Shown here piece after piece: positions 38,626 through 49,400 of a stretch of DNA of 64,000 nucleotides; position 1 is the stretch's first letter, and each line of letters opens with the position of its first letter. The notes beneath the pieces are model-generated. The model was not told the origin of the DNA. It was given only the letters and a program-made list of their open reading frames with translations, and searched no databases. Made by a program: the position numbers and the translations under genes. The DNA is from Tubulanus polymorphus (Eukaryota; Animalia; Nemertea), in NCBI RefSeq assembly GCF_964204645.1, contig NC_134029.1, positions 11,682,850-11,746,849 on the forward strand, in the 5' to 3' direction.

Positions 38626-39049
38626 ATCGCGAGCTGCGCGTGAATCACTTACGTAATCTTTTCTGTAAATGTGAAGACCTCGGGGGCATTATGTTCTCTA
38701 AAGCCCAATATTATCCCAAATTCCGGACTGTTAATAGGTTGATTTTACAGCAGAGTCGACATGATTCAACAATTTTTAACTGTTCATTTATGAATATTTG
38801 AGGACTTATGAACAAAAAATTAGTTAAATTTTTGATACATTTTGAGAAAGTCACAAAACATTTGAGACTGCGTTTGAAGTATAAGTGAATATTCACTTAC
38901 ACTTCATGCGTGCGCGAGTTCTGATCATTAGACTTTGTTACACGACGCACGTACACACACACACACACAAACCATTATTACAGAAGATGCTCAGCCTGTG
39001 AATATATCTTACATCAGCCGTCAGTATTGTTTCATCTAATACCCGTAGC

Positions 39050-39570
39050 TGTCCCCCGCGCGGACTTGGAATCCGACCCCGTCCGTCCACATCTGCTTGT
39101 GAATGCGATTCAGGAAGAAGCGTTGATAGCAGGACTATGATGTTGCATAGCAATATTACCCCTAGGGAGAGGATGTACCCTATTGATTTTAGGGTCAAAG
39201 GTCAAGGTCACTACACGTCGTTCTTGTGAAACCTAGTGAATGCGATTCATGAAGAACCGTTGATAGCTGGATTATGATATAACATATTATGATTACTCCT
39301 AGGGAGAGGATATGCCATATTGATTTTGGGGTCCAAAGATCGAAGGTCAAGGTCATTATAGGTCGTTCATGTGAAACATTGTGAACGGGATTTAAGACAA
39401 ACCCAATGATAGCAGGACAATGACATTACATAGTAATATTACCCCTAGGTAGAGGATGTGCCCTATTGACTTTGGGGTCCAAAGGTCAAGGTCACTAGAG
39501 GTCATTTATGTGAAACCTTGTGAATACGATTCAAGACGAACCATTGATAGCAGGACGATGCTATATCATA
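39050..39570 (+). repeat. HINE-like repeat with ~3 internal tandem units (~140-155 bp)
   Basis: Repeated GATAGCAGGACTATG...CCCTAGGGAGAGGATG...AAAGGTCAAGGTCAC; homologous to 12521-12800. Confidence 0.75.
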
Positions 39571-42531
39571 GTTTGCCCGAGTTCTGAAAATTAGACTTTG
39601 TTACACGACGCACGCACGCACTCACACACACACCCACACACACACGGTACCGGTATGTTAGGTTCCGCGGCCCTCTACATTGGAAGAGGTTGTCAAGACT
39701 TTCAATATCCAGCCACCCTCTGATTCGTGATATCATATGTATTTTATCTAAACATTTCTTTCATTGTGAAAAATGTTTTTTTTTTTAATATGAAATAGTT
39801 TCCCTACCTATCCGTACCCTACCAAATTTTGGACATGGACTGTAAACAAAGGTATATTTTTAGCCTTACTTATTTGACTACAAAATAATTCTTTGAAATA
39901 GATGAAATATTATATAAAATAGAACTTTGATCTTGAGAAATAAACAGATTTTTCATAGGCAATGCCAATTCACAAGGCATTTACTTAGCTGCAATAAATC
40001 CTTATTGAATTGATTGTCTGATTCTTAGTCGTCTGAATGTGCTGCAATCTGTCCATGACATCAAGGACATACATGCCTTTGCAATAGAGATCGATCTCCA
40101 CTGATTTTTTAATTCGAATCGGAGAGGGTTTAGATTCTTTCTTCAAACACTGTTGGCAGGCACGCAACTTCTATTTGTTGACGGTTGATATCTTTATCAT
40201 CATAGAGACATTGCATAGCAGTATTTGCGGAGCCTCAAGACTTATTGAAATTGGTTCAAAAATATTATATAATATTATGCAGGAATGAGTTTTTCCAGAT
40301 TACTGACCTCTAATGATTAGAGTGAGAACTATTGTGTGGGGGGTTCATTGTATTTAGATATCAGGTATGTTTTTAATTTACATAGAAATTCCTTAATCCC
40401 ATTAGTAGATGCAGATGAAAATGTGCTTTCCAGCATCTTGTAAGTGACGCTAGTGGAGAGAACCATATGAGTTACCTACGTAGTTAAACCATACATCAAT
40501 ACAAGTGTCTTGTAAAGGGCTACGGAACGCAACTGCAACCACTATTCTGTGTCTGTTGGTTAAGGAGCTAGTTTCTCATTTAAGAAAATTGGGTCCCATA
40601 TTTGACCCCCTAGTTGGCGAATGGCTGTCCCCCCAAAAAAATCCTTGGGAATTGTCGTAAAGGTACGCTGCATTTGGTACATCTCACAGAAGTTTCAAGT
40701 AATTCCGTCAAGAGATATTTGTGATGCTAGCAGATAATCGATTCTTATCTAGTTAAATGTTCTCGCCTATAAAGATACGGCGATGAAATATAATTCAGCT
40801 CAGTTCACTGATAAGGACACTTTAAGTCATCTCTACCAGTCCCTCAGTTTAAAAGGGCACATTTTTATAAGATAAGGCAGCCAATTTTCCCAAAAAAAAG
40901 GCTCACCATTCTTCAGGATTTCATCTTCATTGCCTGGAAACTACATCCCAGTGCAGTAAGATTTCTTAGGAAACTACATCCCAGTGCAGTAACATTTCCT
41001 AGAAACCAATTTGCATCAGGACTTCTTTTATTGCTTGGAATTGCACCAAAAATCCGTAAATTTTAAAAAAAAATTCTTGGGGAGGACCCCCAGATGTCTT
41101 GTTCTTTTCGTCGATAATGCCGCTTTTCAAGCCCACTTGGGACTTAAGTCCCAGCGGGCTGTAGACGGAATCCAGTTGTTTTGGGAAGTTTTGAAGACGT
41201 TTCAAGGTTTATGCATTTATCTACCCTAGACACGCCTTCAGCCCAAAAACTGGCCCTGTCAGATTCAAGATGGCCAACTGGCAGCCATTGTTGTACGCCA
41301 AAATTAACACTTTCCACATTTTTGGTTTACCTTTGTCAGCAGTATGAGGTTGGCATTGAGCCAATTCGCGGTACGTTTTTTTATGTGAGCATTTTTTCAT
41401 TGGTTCTCGGGTTAAACGACGTATAATCGATGCGATTGAAGACATGACGAACCTCTTATTAATTCGTGACTTCAAAGTTCTAGAAGTTTATATTGTATTT
41501 CATCTTTCTTACAGTTTTATGTTGTAGTCAAATGAGACCAAAGATAATATGGTCTACGTCCAAAATTTCGTAGCGTACAGGCATGCGCGGCAGGGAAACT
41601 ATTTCATATTTTCAAAAAAAATATTTTTCACAATATGAAAAAATATTCAAATAAAATTCATATGATGTCACAGAGGGTGGCTGAATAGTGAGTCTTGGGA
41701 ACGAAACCTCTTCAAATGTATGGCCGCGGAAGCTAAAACAGTGGGGCGTAGTATTATATCGTTTTAAATCCTGGAATTTACCACTACAATATTCAGACCT
41801 CGACCTATACCTATAGTTTGCTGCTTAGTATTTTCAGGTCACAAGAAATAACAATTTATTCTAACAAATTCTATCAAACAGAAAACACAGCGCTCATCTT
41901 CGGCTACGACGATTATTCAGCCTGTTATCATACCAAACGTGCACGCGTCAAGCAGCGTTACAGCATCACCATATAGTAGTCTGTATGAGCGTGTGTTTGT
42001 GTGTGCAACAGTCTAATGTTTAGCACTCTTGCGCAAGTGGAGGCCTTGTGTAGTGAACGTTCGCTTCACTTCAATCTCAATCACCAATCACCGGGTATTA
42101 AAATGAAACAATACCTCACCAGCAATGGGCATTTAAAATTCGCACATATACGGCACCAGTCCAAACGTTCGCCATTAATGGCTTTCCCATAATTATTTTA
42201 GAAGCGCCGGAATTCCCCGTATATCCCAAAAACAGCCAATCACATTCGCTCGTAGAGACGAAGCCTCCGATCTAGGTCATTGCAATTTTATACGCAAGAG
42301 CTAAGAATCCCGCGAAAAACATTTTTTCGTCGAATTTAAACAAAATTGACCATTGAAGACATGACGAACCTCCGTCGATGAATAAATTCTCGCACACTCG
42401 AATTTATTTTTGACCCTTCAACCTTTGACCTGAACCCCTATTATCCCTATTACTCTCAAAATATTCATATATTAATATTTTATATATGAATAACTTCTAA
42501 AATCAATTTTAATAAAAAATTTGATATTAAA

Positions 42532-43261
42532 ATGGAAGCAAATAAGAAGTACTACTTTCCGTCAGAACAACCACAAACCGACGATATTACAAATAATACT
42601 GGGGTTATAAATATTTACTACAAGAAATGTTCAAAATGTGAATTGAATAAACAACTCTCGGAATATTATAATTATAAAACTCAGAAAGATGGTAAGCAAA
42701 GTTATTGTAGAACTTGTGTTAAGGAAATGAATAAGCAATATCGAGCAAATAACCCAGATTATCAAAAGGAATGGAGAGAAAATCACCCCGAATATATGAG
42801 AGAATGGAGGGATAATATTCGTGAACATTTTAATGAATATTATAAAGAAAGATATAAAACGGATCTTAATTTTAAATTGAAACAATGTTTAAGAATTAGA
42901 TTATCACATTTATTCAGTAAAGAAGCGCATTCAGTTACACTATCTAATTTATTGGGGTGTTCAGATGAATTTCTCAAATCATGGATTATATCAATTCGAT
43001 GATAAAATGAATGAAAAAAACTATGGTGAATATTTCCACATTGATCATGTGTTGCCGATTTCTAAATTTGATATGAATGATGAATACAATCAACAGTTAA
43101 TCTGGAATTGGAAAAACCTGAGACCTCTTGAAAAAAAGGAAAATATAAGGAAAGGAAATTAACTAGATTTAGAGTTGTATTTAGACCAGTTGGTTAAAGC
43201 AAAGACATTTGTTGAATTATGGAACTCAACACATAATGAAAAATACGTTGAATCTTTATAA
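42532..43261 (+). pseudogene. HNH endonuclease (copy 1), one frameshift and one stop
   Basis: KKCSKC...YCRTC, FHIDHVLPISKF...WKNLRPLEKKENIRK; paralog of 61419-62084. Confidence 0.85.
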
Positions 43262-44436
43262 ACGCCCGATAATACTCAGCTATATAGCTGGTTGTATTAG
43301 CTCTAGTTTGGTAAACATCTGTTACCAGCTCACATTTCAATTGTAAAGAATTAATTATTCTCATTACAAAAGAACACACGTTACCAGCGCTGCATGGCAC
43401 CAGACTTTGCCTGGATGTTTTGAGTCATAGTGAATTACCGAAGGCGCAGATCATTCTGGAACGCGCACCCGAACCGAACAGACGGCATATACAGAACGCA
43501 TAGGATATTCTCTCTCGAAACACAATTAGGAGTTTACAGTTTACAGTTCTAAATCTAAATGTAAGTACTGTTTTTTGTAGTTATTATGAAGTAGGGAAAG
43601 GGTGTTACTAAATATGAAACCTTTAAACATATTTAAGTACAGTAATTCATTTTCACAACAACTGCTTCATAAGTTAATTCTATTTTACGTTAGATAGATA
43701 TCTTTTAGATTAAAATTGAATACTGAGACCAACCAGAATTTCCAAGTCAACCATCGGAAGAGGAACCAGAACCGATGGACAGTGAACCCCAGGATTCAAC
43801 AGAAATGGAAGATGAATTTCAAGAGACTGACGAACAAACTTTACGAAAATTACAACATTTGGACTATCATCAAGAAATGGAGAAAATGCTGGGCGATGTA
43901 ATACGAACAATTACCGCGCATATCATCATTACCACAATTACCAACAACACACCTGGAATTGCTGTTGGGACTCAAGGTATCTGAATTGCTGTTGGGACTC
44001 AAGGAATTGAAAACTAAGAAAATGAGTGGAGATGAGTTGAATGAGTTTTAAAAATCTAAATTAATTATTGAAACAGAACATTTAAGCTTTCCAGAATTAC
44101 AAAGTGAAGAAGTTATTTCATTTACCAAAATTACTGATATCTTAAAAACAAGTTATAAAACCATATTAAATAGAAAAGCAAAGCACCTATGGGACCATTT
44201 CATTTTCGGGAGTTATTTAAATATAGGGTTTGAAATGTTTGATAAAAAAGGGGATTTCTTGGGGGCTTGGGTTAAAAAAACATAGATATCAGCACCGGCT
44301 ATGAAAGAAAACTGAGAAGAGTAGGAAGATTAATAAAATACGAAAAATTCCAATCATTAAGTTTATCATTTAGTGAAGTAGTCAAATATTTGCGAGAAAT
44401 TGAATAAAAATGATTGAAAACGATTTAGTAATTACG

Positions 44437-44557
44437 ACGGACCTCGCTACGTGAAGAGAATGTCCGTACGGATAACACATAAATTCTATTCTGACGGACC
44501 TGGCTACGTGAAGAGAATGTCCGTACGGATAACACATTTTCTATTCTGACGGACCGC
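44437..44557 (+). repeat. Tandem duplication, ~56 bp x2
   Basis: ACGGACCT.GCTACGTGAAGAGAATGTCCGTACGGATAACACAT..TTCTATTCTG. Confidence 0.85.
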
Positions 44558-44859
44558 GATCAGATTGACAATATCCTCCGTAGTACGGTTCCTTTTTTAA
44601 GATAACAAAATTTTTGTGTTTAAATGCAGGTTTTTTATTATAAAGTATCACAAATGAAATAAATCAACAAAAATTTCTACTATTTACAATAATTTATACA
44701 ACAGCACCAAAGAAATGATTAAAACTACTTTACATGAATAACAATTATTTTTTTCAAGTTTAAAATAGAACATTTTATATATTATATAGCATATACAATA
44801 ATCAATTTGGGCAGCACCAACTAAATACGTTCGAACATCTATGCAGTTATAGTACTTAA

Positions 44860-45225
44860 TAATACTATCAATAAAACCAATTAATACATTTACAAAAAAG
44901 GAGAAAATAGAACAGAAGCATACACATTAATCACACAATCAGTAGGGAGCATTGCACCTTAAAAATCAATTAATTAATACAATTACAGAAAAGAATAAAA
45001 TAGAACAGTAGCATATACATTAATCACACAATCAGTAGGGAGCATTGCACCTTAAAAATCAATTAATTAATACAATTACAAAAAAGAATAAAATAGAACA
45101 GTAGCATATACAATAATCAACAATCAGCTATACTTATTAGGGAGCATTGCACCTTAAAAATCAATTAATACAATTACAAAAAGAATGAAATAGAACAGTA
45201 GCATATACAATAATCAACAATCATA
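44860..45225 (+). repeat. Tandem array, ~90 bp x ~4
   Basis: AAATAGAACAGTAGCATATACA...GGGAGCATTGCACCTTAAAAATCAATTAA. Confidence 0.85.
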
Positions 45226-45290
45226 ATAATTTTTTTGGCATAATTTGGGCAGCACCAAGAAATAATTGCTGACATCAACATTGCAACGAT

Positions 45291-45399
45291 AGCCTCTGGA
45301 GTAATCCGTACGGGTCCGTACGAATAGCTTCCGGAATAATTCGTACGGGTCCGTACGAATAGCCTCCGGAGTAATCCGTACGGGTCCGTACGAATAGCC
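45291..45399 (+). repeat. Tandem array, 35 bp x3, each unit palindromic
   Basis: AGCCTCCGGAGTAATCCGTACGGGTCCGTACGAAT units. Confidence 0.9.
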
Positions 45400-46025
45400 A
45401 CTTTGATTAAAGAATTCTGGTCTAAATTATAAATTACAAGGCTGAAGATCTTTGTAATATAGAAATAAAAAAATGTAATCTCGATTGTGTAAATAACTAC
45501 AAAATCTGCTTTAAGATTGTATTGTTATGCATTAGTTGTTCGGTCGTTGTTAATGGTGACAGCCGTTCTGCATTGATTGGTTACTGTTAACTGGTATTAC
45601 GCAATAACCGGTCCTATAGGGCCGCTTTTCTGCATTAGTCGTTCGGTCGTTGTTGGTGGAAACGACTGTTCTGTATTGATTGGTTACAGTTCTATGTTTG
45701 AATGTTGTAGTTTACAGAATAAAAATATAACATGTGATTACGCAATAACCGGTCCTATAGGACCGCTTTTCTATTGTTCTCAATTATTTTATCTTCGATC
45801 GTTGTTGATAGAAACGACTGTTCTGTTTTTAGGACGTCGTGGTAACACGACGTCCTGTTGGAATCGTGTAAGTCAGTTTGTTAAGACGTAGATAATTTCT
45901 CGGAAGTGACTGAAAGCTTGGTGCTGTAACTTGCACATTATTTTAGTCATGAATTTTAAAGGATTGAGATTTGTTTCTCGTGGAATTCTATGCGGTAATT
46001 GCTGAGAACTTTCTAAAAAAACATG

Positions 46026-46404
46026 AGTAATAGGGGTAATGGGCTTTCATACCAAAGGTCGAAAGGTCGAGCCCGAGAAATTTTCCAAAATGTTAAATAA
46101 CAACAATTTCTACTTGAATTAGTCGCGTACACTCCTAATTTAAGTAGAAATTATTATTATTTTAACATTTGGAAAATTTATCAACCTCAACCTTTCAACC
46201 TTTGATATGAAAGCCCATTACCCCTATTACTCTTAAATGTTATTCATATATATATGAATAACATTTAAATCATTGAACTTCTAAAATCAATTTTAATAAA
46301 AAATATAGTATTAAAATGGAAGCAAATAAGTACTACTGCCCAACATGTAATATCGATATAGATAAATCCCAAAAAGCAAGACACAATAAAACTAGAACAC
46401 ATTT
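46026..46404 (+). repeat. Left TIR (contains a 206-nt hairpin, a 36-bp palindrome and the pPolB start)
   Basis: Reverse complement of 63592-63971 with only about two differences seen. Confidence 0.95.
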
Positions 46405-49400
46405 AGAGAATAAATTGAAATTAGAATATGAAGATGATATATTAGAAAATAAATTAGAAGAATTAAAGGATGAAAAAGAAACATACAAATGTGATACATG
46501 TAATCAATCATTCAGTGATAAAAGATATTATAAAGAACATTTAAAATCTATAAGTCATATTAGAAATAAGAATAATGATATTTTAGGTGAAGATTATTTT
46601 GATAATGATAACGATAAGAAACAGAAGACAATTAAAAGAATAAAAAATAAATTAAACAATAAAAGGCCATACATGGAAGATGTAAGAAATTATATTAATT
46701 CATTAGATAATAAAAAAGATATAGAGATTACCGAAGCATTTAAAAGTGATATTGGTCCAGCAGCTATCGAGTTTAAATTTCATAAAGGTAAAACATTAGA
46801 AGAAAATAAAAAACATTTAGAAAATATGAAAGAAATAATAAAAATAATTACAGACGTTGAATATCCTAAAATTAGTATATCAGTTAAAGTTAAATTCATA
46901 AAATCTGAAGATAAACCAATATATAATATAAATTCTCATTCACAACATATTATATCTAAACAACATATAGATGATAAATTAAATAAATGTTATAATGAAA
47001 TAAAAAGTAAAATAGAAGAGAAATATTTTGAAGGATCAGGTTTAATATTTGATGAAATAATATTTATGACTTTACATGTTTATAACACAAAATATAATAA
47101 GTTAACTAAATCAAAACCAATTGATGAAAATAATGTATCATATTATAAAGAACCAGATATTGTAGCATCGAGTTATATTAAACTACCATTTAAAACTAAT
47201 GCTGTAATAAATATACAAAATGAAGATGATAAATGTTTTCTATGGGCTATAATAAGTTGTTTACATCCAACAGAAGATATTACACATAGTTTTAGATTAA
47301 CTCATTATAAACCATTTGAAAGTAATTATAAGATAGATAAGTATCCTGTTAGAATTAAAAACATCCCAAAAATAGAAAGAGATAATAATATAAAGATAAA
47401 TGTATTTGATTTAATCAAATTACCAAATACAAAAGGAAATAATATTAAACATTATACATTAGAACCTTTATACCTATCAAAAGATTATGATTCAAATGAT
47501 GTTATAGATATACTATATTATGAGAATCATTACATGTGGATTAAACAAATAGATTTATTTTTCAAATCAGAAAATGATCACCATAAAATATATCTATGTA
47601 GAAAATGTTTACATAGATTCAGTAATGAAAGTACATTATTAAATCATAAACAACTATGTGATAATCATGATTATTGTAAATTAGTTTTACCAAATGAAAA
47701 AGATAAAATATTAGAATTCAAAAAATATGATTACAAAAATAAAGTACCATTTGTAATATATGGAGATTTTGAATCATTAAATAAAGAATTAACAGATAAA
47801 GATAGAAAAGATATATACTATAAAAGAAAGAAATTAAATTCTAATGAAAGTGATTATTCAGAAGACCCACCAAAAACAAATACAATTAAAAAGATTCATC
47901 AATCAGCTGCAGCTTTCGGGTTATATATTAAATCTAATTATCCAGAACTAATCGAAAGTGAATATTATAATTATAGAAATGAAAATGTTATCAATCATTT
48001 TTGTGACTTATTAATTGAATATGAAATAAGATTTAGTAAATTATTGAATACAAATAAAGAAATAATTATGACAGAAGAAGATAAAGAAGAATTTGAGTTT
48101 GCAGATAAATGTTATTATTGTGAAAAGATATTGAATTATAAAGATAAAAAAGTAAGAGACCATGATCATTTGAACGGAAAGTTTAGAGGCGCTGCACATG
48201 AGAATTGTAACTTACAAGCTAAGAAAATTAACTTTGTACCAGTTATATTTCATAATCTATCGGGGTATGACGCGCATTTATTCATCAAACAGTTATGTCA
48301 TAAAATAGAAGAAATCAATAATGAAATAGAAATATTAAATTCAAATAGATCAAAAGATAAAATACCAACTTATAAATTTAGAATGTTAGCTAAAACATCT
48401 GAGAATTATATATCTTTCCAATTTGGATGCTTAAGATTTATAGATTCATATAGATTTTTAAGTAGTTCATTAGATAACTTATCAAAATCATTAGTTGATG
48501 ATGAATTAAAGATATTAAAAGAATATTACCCAAATTATGATGATTTTAAATTAATGAGATATAAAGGAGCGATTCCATATTCTTTCTATAAAAATCATAA
48601 TGATTTTAATATAACTGAATTATTAAAAGAACAATTTTATGATGAATTAAAAAATGAATATGTTAAAGATGAAGTTTATAATAGAACATTGAATATTTGG
48701 AATCATTTCAAAATAGAAAATCATGGACAATTAGTAGATTTATATTTAAAATCAGATGTATTATTATTAACCGATATATTCGAAAGGTTTAGAGATGTAA
48801 ACCTAAAATATTTTAACATTGATCCTTGTCATTGTTATTCATCACCAGGATTAACATGGGATTGTGGATTAAAATTTACAGATATAAAAATGGATTTGTT
48901 AACAAATATAGATCAATTACTATTATTTGAAAAATCTATAAGAGGAGGTGTTTCAGGTGTATTGGGTGATAGATATTTCAATGTAAATGATAATCCTGGA
49001 TATAAATTATTATACATAGATGCAAATAATCTTTATGGTTGGGCAATGATGGAACCACAACCTTATGGGATGTTTGAAATAACTGAAGTTTTACAAATTG
49101 ATAAATTTGATTGGAAGAAAAGAATTCTAGATATTGCAGATGATTCAGATACTGGTTACTTCTTCGTTGTAGATTTAGAATACCCTGAAAATATTAAATT
49201 CAAATCTAGAAATCTAGCATATTGTCCCGAACATAAAACTGTTAAACATGAAGAATTATCAAATTATCAAAAAAGAATTAAACCCGATAATCATATTCAT
49301 ACAGAAAAGTTAATGGTAACTCAAGAAGATAAATATAATTATGTAGTACATTATAGAATGTTAAAATTCTATTTGAATCAAGGAATGATATTAAAAAAAG

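Larger units (their letters stand above)
30270..38874. mobile_element. Large non-autonomous TIR (foldback-like) DNA transposon
   Basis: Left TIR 30270-~30800 is inverse to 36740-37166 plus 38632-38874; TGAA flanks both ends; subterminal palindromes GGGAGGAATATTCCTCCC; no long ORF. Confidence 0.85.
42381..45850. mobile_element. Older Polinton right-end remnant (inverted relative to the right arm of the intact element)
   Basis: Hairpin loop TCGCACACTC, inner TIR arm and MEANK start; 43170-43360 matches reverse complement of 63420-63590; 43540-43710 matches 62870-62990; 44350-44390 matches ~62680-62720; 45596 and 45737 motifs resemble the 62220-62520 repeats. Confidence 0.75.

Noticed and set aside
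37114-38801. Duplicated ORFs (37114+/38424-; 30343-/38604+) as a gene family
   Set aside because: They are chance readings of transposon TIRs and have no protein motifs
38915-39645. Direct repeats with (CA)n flanking the 39050-39570 repeat as LTRs or a TSD
   Set aside because: Diverged ~60-bp repeats without TG...CA ends or a PBS; more likely separate short repeat copies
29780-42380. Inverted homology between ~29960-30115 and ~42185-42330 as TIRs of a 12-kb element
   Set aside because: Copies are diverged, related fragments also occur in direct orientation (~41330-41470), and no TSD was found; treated as a dispersed repeat family
45291-45399. CRISPR-like array of 35-bp palindromic repeats
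   Set aside because: Units are contiguous with no unique spacers, there are no cas genes, and the context is eukaryotic
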